Assembly (NCBI GenBank): GCA_934479825.1
Contig: CAKSOW010000001.1
Span: forward strand, 132,008-196,007
DNA length: 64,000 nucleotides
Reading direction: 5' to 3'
Source of the DNA: an uncultured Eubacteriales bacterium
GTDB taxonomy: Bacteria; Bacillota; Clostridia; Oscillospirales; CAG-382
Of the stretch, positions 7,401 through 16,265 are shown piece after piece. The notes under the pieces are model-generated. The model was not told the DNA's origin and did no database searches. It saw only the letters and a program-made list of their open reading frames with translations. The translations under genes were made by a program, and so were the position numbers. Position 1 is the first letter of the stretch; every line of letters starts with the position of its first letter.

Positions 7401-10200
7401 TGACACCGGAGGTTATGTAGGTGATGACCGGGAAACGCTGTTCCGAGCCGTCGGTCGACTGGTAAACATAGTGAAGCAACCGCCAGTTGAAATCGGCTTT
7501 TTGTTCGCCGCTTCCGGAAACGTTCATGCCGTCGCCCTGGCCGAATACTGTTCCCTCAAAGCTTGTGCCGACAGCGGTCGTCGTAATCTTTCCGGCTTCA
7601 TATTCCTTTTCTGTTACAGATCCGACCGTGACTTTCGTGCCCATATCGGCAAGTCCGAAAATTCCTTCGGCTTCGGTTTCCACACCGCCGCCTAATTTTG
7701 CGCTGACCGACCAACCGGCAGAAGTGGTTTGTGTTGTTTCTTCGGTGATATCGATCGTGAGCGTTTGCGAGCCGGTGTTAGACGGGAATGTCGCAAGCCG
7801 CGGATGTGTAATGATACTGCCGTTTAAAACATTTGCCCCACTTGGCGCTGTATGCGGATAGGATTCCGGATGTCCGGGCGTGTGCGTGAATACATCTTTT
7901 AAATCCGGCAGAACACCGTCGGCATAGGGAATGAATTCTAAATAATCCTCGTAATTCAAGCTTGCAATCTTTACAGAATCCGATCCTTTTCGAGGCACGT
8001 AAACGATATACGGCGATTCCTGCAAAGCGCCGCCCGCACCCGGATAGTAAGCCGTGTAGGCATAGGCATCGTAAGCGACCGTCGAGAGAACGACCGTGTC
8101 CTCACCGCCGGTTGCCGAGAAACTTTGGGAGAACGTGACTTCGGTGGTGTTTTCCTTTTCCTGCGATTTACTGCGCAGAGCCTCATTTTCCGATTCAAAT
8201 ACTCCGGCTGTTCCGAGCGTGCCGGCTTTGATTTCAGTCGAAATGTAAGCGCCGGCCGCAACGGAAAACGATTCCGTCTTTCCGCTTGCAGTCGTTGTGC
8301 TCCGACCATAAGTCGTCTGACTGTTGGTATACATGTCATTTGGCAGCGAATCAAAGTAAGGCGGAGAGGCGAGAGCGGCAATAATGACCGGGTCTGCCCA
8401 GAAAAAGGCGTGTTTATTGTATTTTAAATAAATAGAATCGTAATCGGTGTCCGGCATGGCAACAAGAGTATATCGATTGTCACCGGCTAAAAGCGCGGCA
8501 GGCGGATTTGTTATGTATCCGTTTCCGGAGGCAGTTAAGTAATAGATGCGGTAGCCGTTTTTTGTATAGGCGCGGACAAGCGCCGCATCCGTATACGTAT
8601 TTCCGTCAAAAGAAACGTTGGCTGTCCGGATTTCGTTTACGTTAATGCCGTTGTTGAAGAAAACGCAGTCTTTTCCGGCATAACCGAAATCTGTTTCGGA
8701 AACATCCGAGCCAAAAGAGCCGGTAAATGCCCCGTTGTCCTTGACATCGTAGCGATACGTGTTTCCGTCCGGATAGCGGACAAAGGAAAGGTATTTCTGA
8801 TCAGCGATAATCGTGCCAGAAGAAACATAGCCGCTCTTGCCGGCGGAAAGACCGAAATCATTGCTTAAAATACCGATCTGAACAGGTGCATTGTCGATAG
8901 GACTTGCCTTATAGACACGTTCGGTGTCGCCGATGTAACCGTGATGATAAATACCGCCTTTGTAGACAACCGAAGATACGAAATTACCTGAATCCGTGTA
9001 ATCAAACGCAAGTATATAAAAGCGCGGCGTCAACATTTTATCGCCGTTGAAACCGACATAGTGATTCAAGGTTTCTTTCAGGGAAAGAAAAACGGTAGGC
9101 TTTCCCGAACCGTCCACGTCGGAAATGACAACATCAAACGCGGCCGCGTCGCCGGATGTTGCACTTAAACGGAGAGCCTTTTTGGTTTCACCGTCTACAT
9201 AATTCAAGAGGAGTTTGCGGTTCGTATACATATCGCGAAGCTCAGCCGCACCGCCGGTGTAGTATACGGCAAACTTGTTGTCGGAGTAGTTCGCATTGTA
9301 CTGTGCGTTGTTTGCGGTAATGGCAGAAACAATGTCGTCGTAACCGTCGCCGTTGATATCGGCAACGGCAACAGACGCAGTAACGCCGGGAGCGCCGAGA
9401 TGAGCGTTTTCGGATAACACGCCGCCGTTAACAAGCAAATAGGGTGTTTGACACCAAGTGCGGTTATCGGTGTCTTCGAGATACCAGACGAAACTGGCGT
9501 TGTAAAGATCAAACCCATATTTGTCGCCGGAACTTTGAGCGGCATAGCCGTTTATCGGGGATATCGTGATGATTTCATCGTAGCCGTCTCCGTTGAAATC
9601 ACCGCAGGCAAGTGTCGTGCAATTGACAAATTCCGCGGTGTTTGCATAGAAATCCGCTTTGCTTTCACTGCCGTCATACAGAACAGCAATCGGAACAAGC
9701 GGGGCGGAAAAATCCGCTTTGGCTGTGCAGAGAAGAAGCAAGGACTTCCCGTCTGTCTTTTTGGCGGCAACAAGCAAGGCAAGCTCGTTCTTGCGGCCGG
9801 TTCCGTCAAAATCTCCTTCATACGACGCAAGAATTTTCATTTTGCTTGCGAGCGTGAAGCTTTTGCCGGAAATGTTTACCGTACCGCCCGGAAGAGTGGG
9901 AGCGGCTTTGCTTTTCCAAGATAAAACAGTCGAAAGCGTGTTGTCTTCGCCGAAGATCCTGCTTCCCGTTTCGTTTGCAAATAGCGGCTCACGGATATCG
10001 GACAAGACGGTGCCGTCCGGATACGGAAGATTTTTTGCCTCTTCCTCCGGGTCAAGCTCGTCAGTTCCGCCGAAAATATCTTTAAAGATATCCGGTTTAC
10101 GAGGACTTTTTTGAGTTGTATCGGGCGTATTTGCGCAAACGCTTAGCGGAGAAAGAACCATGGCCGCGGCAAGCATGAGCGATATCAGCTTTTTTTTCAT
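4435..10200 (-). CDS. Giant (1921 aa) secreted FG-GAP/VCBS-repeat and fibronectin-III-repeat surface protein
   Basis: Signal peptide MKKKLISLMLAAAMVLSPLSVCA. Integrin-like Ca-binding repeats DFNGDGYDEI, DINGDGYDDIV and DVDGSGKP. Several FN3-like units (e.g. PSRPRSFNVRMDYKTASLSWKEPSFDGGAPLAYKV...YDFRVCAVNSAGTG). No LPXTG or SLH anchor. AAGGGAGAG RBS upstream of the ATG. Confidence 0.9.
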   Translation of the reverse strand: MKKKLISLMLAAAMVLSPLSVCANTPDTTQKSPRKPDIFKDIFGGTDELDPEEEAKNLPYPDGTVLSDIREPLFANETGSRIFGEDNTLSTVLSWKSKAAPTLPGGTVNISGKSFTLASKMKILASYEGDFDGTGRKNELALLVAAKKTDGKSLLLLCTAKADFSAPLVPIAVLYDGSESKADFYANTAEFVNCTTLACGDFNGDGYDEIITISPINGYAAQSSGDKYGFDLYNASFVWYLEDTDNRTWCQTPYLLVNGGVLSENAHLGAPGVTASVAVADINGDGYDDIVSAITANNAQYNANYSDNKFAVYYTGGAAELRDMYTNRKLLLNYVDGETKKALRLSATSGDAAAFDVVISDVDGSGKPTVFLSLKETLNHYVGFNGDKMLTPRFYILAFDYTDSGNFVSSVVYKGGIYHHGYIGDTERVYKASPIDNAPVQIGILSNDFGLSAGKSGYVSSGTIIADQKYLSFVRYPDGNTYRYDVKDNGAFTGSFGSDVSETDFGYAGKDCVFFNNGINVNEIRTANVSFDGNTYTDAALVRAYTKNGYRIYYLTASGNGYITNPPAALLAGDNRYTLVAMPDTDYDSIYLKYNKHAFFWADPVIIAALASPPYFDSLPNDMYTNSQTTYGRSTTTASGKTESFSVAAGAYISTEIKAGTLGTAGVFESENEALRSKSQEKENTTEVTFSQSFSATGGEDTVVLSTVAYDAYAYTAYYPGAGGALQESPYIVYVPRKGSDSVKIASLNYEDYLEFIPYADGVLPDLKDVFTHTPGHPESYPHTAPSGANVLNGSIITHPRLATFPSNTGSQTLTIDITEETTQTTSAGWSVSAKLGGGVETEAEGIFGLADMGTKVTVGSVTEKEYEAGKITTTAVGTSFEGTVFGQGDGMNVSGSGEQKADFNWRLLHYVYQSTDGSEQRFPVITYITSGVTQPQGVIPTSVKITPASKTLEQVGPKTVNHVNKASFTVTAAGITREAYTALEGAPLGMELDAHGNIGTSTPFSFDIVINGNVKPGEYPVVLNVGGVRSDPFTVKVTEYVTPVWIEADKTELDFGNMRFNYAKGTPAAETQFVTIKSLHTELQSDFTAELNENSDFEITSPLSSSTLYAKDLANSAATVGIAPKKGLSVGTHTGTLTVTNGITAAYVTLVYTVTNPTLPGAPGFQNAQTYTPNPIRILVDAPEDDGGGKMLYYQYTLKNHEDFMENGEQKWETYFMTAQSGGSFYLQLGDDMTLTVGETYTLGVKAVTECGESVPSWFTFEVSEAENDPDPIKNPKVYAANETITVTWDDPGYWGENKYVPVTYGKCYKIWFYNEKDLTSESIYLDDDLDWSKSGLKNDVTYKIEIETVTMNRSHSTTLYATPTETVTTPSRPRSFNVRMDYKTASLSWKEPSFDGGAPLAYKVSKDGGQTYTDVGTATEYTFENLTTNMEYDFRVCAVNSAGTGDSAICVKTAPSSLSQLTINSIYIGYEQLELDFQPSADEILGYEVKLDDGEWQKITPILFDNTLHHIFTGLENDRAYRIYLRAYDAEGGGPEIMRERTPNSAAPRPVKNAAVKPRNGGIQFYGETDDPNVFMKYKVDNGKYWWTFSSGTRLNGFENGKNYTVGISTFGDYIGASQMRSTLYLTVTPDGSIPDSPSTPRVDAFVGEDYIRLTWTVESDGGAEIESYEIEYGENSDFVSLPGTENTFVFRVPITERENYRYFAVKAINSAGSATGGISVNPHMKLSGPARLLLPEIHEKTQSPAFALSVTYSYLDENDNLITQVADISEDAVWSFTSDVPEITWDENARALIVDKSLDAGTYEVTVNAKYNDVTFERTVKITVGATAQIVSVAKASGGLSVKLQLSESVGVVSLCAALYNADGRLTTTKLMEISADSLTNGEILIPIATSGSRAKVFLFDSMSSAVPLCEAVDISLK

Positions 10201-10238
10201 AAAAAGACTCTCCCTTCGGATAATATAATCTTTACTTG

Positions 10239-10267
10239 ATTATACCAAAGGGAGAGCCGATTTTGAA
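10239..10267 (-). promoter_or_regulatory. Putative sigma-A promoter of the giant surface-protein gene (TTCAAA-N17-TGgTATAAT)
   Basis: On the minus strand, -35 TTCAAA is at 10267..10262 and the extended -10 TGGTATAAT ends at 10239. Spacer is 17 nt, about 32 nt upstream of the ATG at 10200. Confidence 0.5.
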
Positions 10268-10284
10268 TTGGCCACTGGCCAATT
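10266..10284. promoter_or_regulatory. Perfect 19-bp palindrome AATTGGCCACTGGCCAATT overlapping the -35 of the giant-gene promoter (candidate operator/activator site)
   Basis: Read directly: 9-bp arms AATTGGCCA / TGGCCAATT around a central base. It sits immediately after the stop codon (10285..10287) of the LuxR-type regulator gene. Confidence 0.45.
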
Positions 10285-12742
10285 TTATAGCTTTGTGTCG
10301 GAAAGCTGGGCACGGGATTTGATGCCGGTCTTGTCAAAAATGTTGCTTATGGTCATTTTTACGGTGGAAATCGATACATAAAGGCGTGCGGCTATTTGTT
10401 TATTGGTCAAGCCTTGCCGGATAAGCTCGGCCACTTCGCGCTCACGCGGCGAAAACTTCGGTTTTCCCGAACCGAGTTTAGAGGCGGATTTTTCAAATTC
10501 AGCACCAAGACGCAAAATCTTTTCTATCGTTTCACGCGGATAGTCGTCTGACGGTTTAATCTTTTCAAGAACGGCTTTGATGTGCGGAAAGTTTTGCGCA
10601 AACGGCATGTAAATATGATCCGGAACCGCAAGCGCAAGCGCCGCACCAAGTTCGTTTTTTCGCTTCATCCGGTTTCCCGAGAGCCGCTTGTGCCGCACCG
10701 ACGAAAATGTGAAAATAGATTTGCGGCAGAACGCTTGAAAGTTCCTCAGCCACACCGCAGGCAAAAGAGCAGAACGCAAGCAGTTTGACATATTGTTCTT
10801 TTCCGAACAAAGTCTTTGCATAGATGATATGAGCAAACGGCATGGTCATGGGCGCAATCCGCGTTTCGGTGATCTCGCCGCAGGACAGCCAATCGGAAAT
10901 TTTATCAAACCGTTCGGTAAAAGCATATAAAAAGCCTAAGAACAACTCCAAGGTATAGCGGCACATATCCTCTGTGTTGGACGAAGCGCTTTCGGACATA
11001 GCAAAAAGCGTATCGAAAAGCGCGGTTTCATCGCCTTTGTGCAGCGCACAGCAGGCAAGAACAAAAAGTCCGCATTGATATACACTGCTCTGTTCTTTTC
11101 GTTCGGCTTCATACATGGCACGGTGTGCATTTTCTTCGGCAGACGCAAGATCTCCTTGCAAAAACGCCGCTTCGGCGCGCATAGCATATTCGGCACCGCT
11201 GCCGTGTCCGCCGGTCAAACGGTAATAGTGCGGCATACATTCGTCCATTAAATTCAGTTCATGCTCCAAATTGCCGGACTTGCTGTGATACAGACAAACC
11301 ACCGACGGAGATCCGAATGTCCAGGTACTGCGTAAATGTATCAGACTTGCCTTTCGTCCGAGAAGCTCATAGGCTTTACGGTGGTGTAAACTCATGGCGG
11401 CAATGTCATTGTATTGGGTGAAAGAGAGGAGCAATTCCATTTCGCCGAGAATAGCGTTTTTCTTTTTCTGACTGAGGTCGCACTGTTCAACCAAAGCTGT
11501 GATCTCACCGATGATCTCGGTTAACTTTTCGGTTTCTCCGATGAAAAATAAGATAAACGCCAGCGGCACCATGCTTTGCGGATAGCGGAGCTTGATCTCA
11601 TACGGCGTGTTGTCGAGAATATCAAAAATCATCTCACGTGTGCCGGCATCTCCAATATCGGCCAGGTCGTAGCTTGTGTGGGGCATGGCAAAAATTTTCT
11701 CATAAGCGCCGGCTTTGTGATAAAGCCGGATGGCGTTTATCTTTTCTCCGTGCAGTTCCTCCCATTCGGCAGCCGTCAGACAAAGCCTGTTTTTTTCGGA
11801 GCTTTCCAAATGCTCAAAAATTTCACATAAATAAGCATATAGCAGATTATGAAAATAGTATTCATTCTTCTTGGAATCATAATGGATAAACCCGCAACCG
11901 TCAAGATTCATGTGGGCAAAAGCGACGGAACAGCCCGTGACAGCCACAGCTTGATGCAGAGAAAAGCTGTTGAAAGGGGAGAGCGCGAGATAAAAGAGCC
12001 GCTCTTTGTCGGAAAGCTTTGCAAAAAACGCTTTTTCGATGAGCGTGTTCAGAATGGCTTTTTCAAATCTTTTATTTTTGGCATAGAAAAGCAATTGCAG
12101 ATAGACCGCGAAAATCCAGCCTCCGCTTATCTGCATAAGTTCGTTCAATTCGTGTTCGGTCAATAGAATGCCGGCACAGGAGAAATAGGCGCGTAGATCC
12201 TCTTTGGAAAATGTAAAATCTTCTGAGCCGATACAATACACCTTGTTTCCGCCGGAAAAACGAAAACTGTTTTTGCCGTTTACCGATTGCACACAGGCAA
12301 CGACATGTAAATACGGCGCCGAAAGAGAAGAAAGCACGGACAGAAACAGTTCAATGTCCGGTGCTGTTCCGCACAGATTGTCAAGAACTATGTAAAGTTC
12401 CTCCGGACATTCCAAATCATGCAGTATCTCGCAGAGATCCGACATATTTTGAAGAGTCGGCGCGCCGATGCTTTTCAAGGCCTCCGCTGACAGACGGTCC
12501 GCTTTGGTGAGCATCGTGCAGAGCGTGTCCCAGTAATCCGAGAGACTTTCCGAAAAAAACGTGTGTTTCAATACCGTCGTGTTCTTGAAATATGTATCGG
12601 AAAAGAACCGGTCAAGCGCAGTGGTTTTTCCGAAACCGGATGGCGCCTCCAATACGGTAAGCGGATATTTTTTAATGTTTTCAAGTTCATTGGTCAATCG
12701 CTGCGGAAAATATAGGGCTTGCAGATTCAGTGTTTGCGTCAT
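10285..12742 (-). pseudogene. MalT/LuxR-type STAND regulator (NTPase, helical repeats, C-terminal LuxR HTH) interrupted by a frameshift in an A6 run
   Basis: ORF 10565..12838 carries the N-terminal P-loop (LEAPSGFGKTT), with likely start MTQTLNLQ at 12742 after a GGAGGAAG RBS. ORF 10285..10836, in another frame, carries the LuxR HTH (FSPREREVAELIRQGLTNKQIAARLYVSISTVKMTISNIFDKTGIKSRAQL). The frames switch at GAAGCGAAAAAACGAACTT (T6 on the plus strand, 10655..10660). Removing one A gives a continuous 818-aa protein ...GKPDEAKNELGAALALAVPDH... Confidence 0.8.
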
Positions 12743-12762
12743 GGGTATCTTCCTCCAAAGGG

Positions 12763-12791
12763 AGTATAACACAGAAAAGAAAAAATTGCAA
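12763..12791 (-). promoter_or_regulatory. Putative promoter of the LuxR-type regulator gene (TTGCAA-N17-TATACT)
   Basis: On the minus strand, TTGCAA is at 12791..12786 and TATACT at 12768..12763, about 20 nt upstream of the RBS. Confidence 0.4.
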
Positions 12792-12795
12792 GATG

Positions 12796-12830
12796 AAAAA
12801 CACGGCTTGCCGCAAAAGCAAACCGTGTTT
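12796..12830 (-). terminator. Intrinsic terminator downstream of the LRR gene; member of a hairpin pair flanking that gene
   Basis: Hairpin AAACACGGCTTGCCGCAAAAGCAAACCGTGTTT, followed on the minus strand by TTTTT. Confidence 0.65.
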
Positions 12831-12851
12831 AAGTGCATTGTTATTTATAAA

Positions 12852-14867
12852 TCAGGCGTTTGTAAACTCTCTCGCTTCACCGAGAACCGTGAAAGAGCGC
12901 AGATCACTTAAAACAAAAGCTTTGATCTTTGCAATTTTTCCGTCAGAGTTGAAAAATTCAGAACCCAAGGAAATTGTCTGACCGAGCGCCGGATCGGCGT
13001 ACAGATAGCGCGTATTCAACATCCGTCCGTTCACATCATATGTTGCAATAAGTATCGAACACGACCCGGTGTAGGTGTTGTTGGTGAGAGTCACTTCGGC
13101 GATGAAATCGCTGGCCGGAATCGATGAAATCGGCTCATAAGCAGTTGTTTTGAGAGTGATAGCGGAAAGGGTAACTTGGTCAACATCGGGCACGGAAGCA
13201 AAATGAATTGTGGCAGAGGTGAGACATTCGTTATCGGAACCAATATTTATTTTATTCCACTCGTCCTCGGTTCCTGCATAGTAGACATCTTTAATACTGC
13301 TGCCTTTCGTTGTGATGCAATAATCAAAAGCTCCGTCACATATTTCTGTTACACTTCTTGGAATCGTAACAGATGTAAGACTGGTACACCCACTAAAAGT
13401 ATCTTCGCCAATACTCTTAACGCCGTTTTCGATAATAACCGTTGCAAGTTTATCACAACTGCGAAAGGCAGAATTGCCCAAGCTGGCCACAGTACCGGGG
13501 ATGGTGATACTCGTGAGATTTGTGCATTCCTCGAAAGCCCACCATTCAATGCTTGTTACACTGTTCGGTATAGTTATATTTGTCAGCCCGGTACAATGGT
13601 AAAAAGCATTATTTTCTATGCTTGTCACACTGTTTGGTATGTTTATATTTTTCAGACCGGTGCAATCATAAAAGGTTGAATCGCCAATATTCATTATACC
13701 GTCCGGAATAGTTACACTTACAAGATTGGCACAACCGGAAAAAGCGGATCCTTCAATGCGTTTTACACTCAATGGGATATTATAACTTTTTGCAGAATTG
13801 CCGGCAGGATATTGAATTAGTTTTGTTTTATCTTTATCGAATAATACGCCATAATCATCGTTTGAATAGTCGGGGTTATTTTCATCAACTGTGATACAAG
13901 TTAAATTGGGACAGTTAACAAAAGCTCCCAGTCCAATACTTGTCACACTGTCCGGTATAGTTATACTTGTAAGTCCGTCGCAACCGGCAAAGGCTGCATA
14001 GTCAATATTCGTTACACTGTCCGGTATGGTTATGCTTGTCAAACCGGTGCAATAGGAAAAAGCTTGGTGTCTTATTTTAGTAACACTATCCGGAATGACA
14101 ATGCTTTTTATACTTTTTAAACCCAAAAACGTATAACCCTTGATTTCAGTAATATTATCCGAAAGAATTATATCTGTCTGTTTTACTCCGTTTACATATA
14201 ATTCAATAACGTCATGTCCAGGATAAATATTACAATAAAAAGGTGAAGAATTGTAAGAATAAAAATCAATTTTGCACCACGCGTCAAGGTCTGTAATATT
14301 TACAGAAGAAAGATTTGAGCATTTGTCAAAAGGATTGTACCCTATACTTATCACACTATCCGGGAAGGTAATGCTTGTAAGGCCGGTGCAATAACAAAAA
14401 GCATAATCTCCTATACTTATCACACTGTCAGGTATGGTTATGTTTGTAAGACCGGCGCAATTCTTAAAGACAGAATCGCCGATGCTTGTTATGCCGTTTC
14501 CCAAAGTAAGATTTGTGAGATTGCTGCAACCGGAAAATGTGGAACGACCTATATTGGTTACACTGTCCGGAATAGTAGCGTTTACAAGATTTGTGCAATC
14601 TGCAAAGGCAGAATTGCTAATCCGCGTTACACCGTCTGTTACAATAACTGTAATAATCTGCTCTTTGTAAGAATCCCACGAAGAAGTGCTATTACTCATA
14701 TAGCCTTGTCCGCTAATTGTCAACACGCCGGTTTCCGTATTCAATTCCCAAGTGACATTATCCCCGCTTGCTCCGCAATTACCAGACAACACTTCTGCGT
14801 TTACGCCGCAGGTCATCACAACGGCAAATAACAGAATGGTGCATAGAACTCCAAAGATTTTCTTCAT
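12852..14867 (-). CDS. Secreted BspA-type leucine-rich-repeat surface protein
   Basis: Likely start MKKIFGVLCTILLFAVVMTCGVNA at 14867 after an AAGGAG RBS. About 20 tandem units of about 23 aa of the type IPDSVTSIGxxAFxxCxxLTSITIP. C-terminal non-LRR domain. Confidence 0.9.
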   Translation of the reverse strand: MKKIFGVLCTILLFAVVMTCGVNAEVLSGNCGASGDNVTWELNTETGVLTISGQGYMSNSTSSWDSYKEQIITVIVTDGVTRISNSAFADCTNLVNATIPDSVTNIGRSTFSGCSNLTNLTLGNGITSIGDSVFKNCAGLTNITIPDSVISIGDYAFCYCTGLTSITFPDSVISIGYNPFDKCSNLSSVNITDLDAWCKIDFYSYNSSPFYCNIYPGHDVIELYVNGVKQTDIILSDNITEIKGYTFLGLKSIKSIVIPDSVTKIRHQAFSYCTGLTSITIPDSVTNIDYAAFAGCDGLTSITIPDSVTSIGLGAFVNCPNLTCITVDENNPDYSNDDYGVLFDKDKTKLIQYPAGNSAKSYNIPLSVKRIEGSAFSGCANLVSVTIPDGIMNIGDSTFYDCTGLKNINIPNSVTSIENNAFYHCTGLTNITIPNSVTSIEWWAFEECTNLTSITIPGTVASLGNSAFRSCDKLATVIIENGVKSIGEDTFSGCTSLTSVTIPRSVTEICDGAFDYCITTKGSSIKDVYYAGTEDEWNKINIGSDNECLTSATIHFASVPDVDQVTLSAITLKTTAYEPISSIPASDFIAEVTLTNNTYTGSCSILIATYDVNGRMLNTRYLYADPALGQTISLGSEFFNSDGKIAKIKAFVLSDLRSFTVLGEAREFTNA

Positions 14868-14948
14868 AATGTCTGTTCTCCTTGTCAATAAATTAAACTG
14901 TGCTTTAAACTTTATACAAATGACATTTTGTTTCAATTATTATATCGT

Positions 14949-14992
<44 letters not shown>

Positions 14993-15013
14993 TGTAAACA
15001 TTTTGCAAATTGC

Positions 15014-15052
15014 CGCAAAAAACACGGCTTGCTTTTGGGCAAACCGTGTTTT
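15014..15052 (-). terminator. Intrinsic terminator of the perR-rbr-rubredoxin operon
   Basis: Hairpin AAACACGGCTTGCTTTTGGGCAAACCGTGTTT (15020..15051), followed on the minus strand by TTTTTTG. Near-identical to the hairpin at 12798..12830. Confidence 0.7.
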
Positions 15053-15069
15053 CACAATCGATTCCGTAT

Positions 15070-15225
15070 TTATTCTTCTTCAAAAACGTCTTTTCCCAAG
15101 CCACAGGTGGGGCAGACCCAATCTTCGGGGACATCCTCCCAAGGTGTGCCGGGCGCGACGCCGTTATCCGGGTCGCCTAACGCCGGATCATAAACATAGC
15201 CGCAGGGGCAAACATATTTTTTCAT
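15070..15225 (-). CDS. Rubredoxin (51 aa; below the ORF-track length cutoff)
   Basis: Hand translation: [51 protein letters not shown]. It has two CxxC pairs (CPCG, CPTCG) and the rubredoxin WxDxPxDWxCP motif. GGAGA RBS. Confidence 0.9.
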   Translation of the reverse strand: MKKYVCPCGYVYDPALGDPDNGVAPGTPWEDVPEDWVCPTCGLGKDVFEEE

Positions 15226-15257
15226 ATTGTCGTCTCCGTATTTTCTGAAAATTTTTA

Positions 15258-15803
15258 TTATTTACCGAAATATCTCTTCAAAAGACCGGCAAATGCTCTG
15301 CCGTGCCGGGCTTCATCGCGCGCCATTTCATGGACGGTGTCGTGGATTGCATCCAATCCTGCCTCTTTGGCACGCTTAGCAAGGTCAGCTTTTCCGGCAG
15401 TTGCGCCGTTTTCAGCTTCGACTCTCATTTCGAGATTCTTTTGGGTGGAATCGGTTACAACTTCGCCGAGCAGTTCCGCAAATTTTGCGGCATGCTCTGC
15501 TTCTTCATAAGCGGCCTTTTCCCAATATAAGCCGATTTCGGGATAGCCCTCTCTGTGTGCGACGCGCGCCATGGCAAGGTACATACCGACTTCGGTGCAT
15601 TCGCCGGTGAAGTTGGCGCGAAGATCCATTAAAATATCTTCGGATACGCCTTTTGCAACGCCTACCGAATGCTCAGCCGCCCAAGTCATATCTTCTTTCT
15701 GTTCTACGAATTTGGAGGCCGGTGCGTGGCACTGGGGACATTCTTTCGGTGCCGTTTCGCCTTCATAAACATAACCGCATACCATACATACAAACTTTTT
15801 CAT
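15258..15803 (-). CDS. rbr: Reverse rubrerythrin (N-terminal rubredoxin-like CxxC..CxxC, C-terminal ferritin-like diiron domain)
   Basis: [32 protein letters not shown], then helices carrying E..ExxH ligands ([19 protein letters not shown]). This domain order is the reverse form known from clostridia. Confidence 0.9.
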   Translation of the reverse strand: MKKFVCMVCGYVYEGETAPKECPQCHAPASKFVEQKEDMTWAAEHSVGVAKGVSEDILMDLRANFTGECTEVGMYLAMARVAHREGYPEIGLYWEKAAYEEAEHAAKFAELLGEVVTDSTQKNLEMRVEAENGATAGKADLAKRAKEAGLDAIHDTVHEMARDEARHGRAFAGLLKRYFGK

Positions 15804-15821
15804 AACAATTTCTCCTTACAT

Positions 15822-16226
15822 TTAGTTTTTTATTTTATTCTGACAGTTTTTACAGCTGCCTGAATAATATACATCCGTTGTTTCGGCTACAAAGCCGTTT
15901 TCCGGAAAATCCGGTTCTTTTACATCGAATATGTCGTATACCATGCCGCATTTCCGGCACAGAAAGTGCGCATGGAAAGCGGTGTTTTCGTCATACCGAG
16001 TGCGAAAGCCCTCAATGGCGATCGCTTTGATAATGTCTGTTTCGGCAAGAAGCTTGACTGTGTTATAGACCGTTGTCTTGGAAAGAGTCGGATAACTTTC
16101 GGCAAGATCGGAATATATTTCATCCACCGTCGGATGCGTGCGGTGCATATCCAGATAATGGTAGATCTGTAAACGCAGAGCAGACGGTTTTACGCCTTTT
16201 GCCGTCATAAGTTCGTTCGGGTTCAT
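15822..16226 (-). CDS. perR: Fur-family peroxide-responsive repressor (PerR-like)
   Basis: Likely start MNPNELM at 16226. RLQIYHYLDMHRTHPTVDEIYSDL winged helix. HAHFLCRKCG ... CKNC zinc motifs. Sits directly upstream of rbr and rubredoxin. Confidence 0.8.
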   Translation of the reverse strand: MNPNELMTAKGVKPSALRLQIYHYLDMHRTHPTVDEIYSDLAESYPTLSKTTVYNTVKLLAETDIIKAIAIEGFRTRYDENTAFHAHFLCRKCGMVYDIFDVKEPDFPENGFVAETTDVYYSGSCKNCQNKIKN

Positions 16227-16265
16227 AGATAAATCCTTGCAAATTAATTGTAATCGGTTCAATTC

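Noticed and set aside
6982-7695. 237-aa plus-strand ORF, plus many other 60-160-aa ORFs inside 4435..10200
   Set aside because: These are antisense or shadow frames of the 1921-aa gene. Their composition is Arg/Gly/Cys-rich and they have no RBS.
10285-10836. Stand-alone 183-aa LuxR-type response-regulator-like gene
   Set aside because: Its N-terminal 60 residues are translated repeat-domain sequence in the wrong frame and there is no RBS. It is the displaced C-terminus of the frameshifted MalT/LuxR-type gene.
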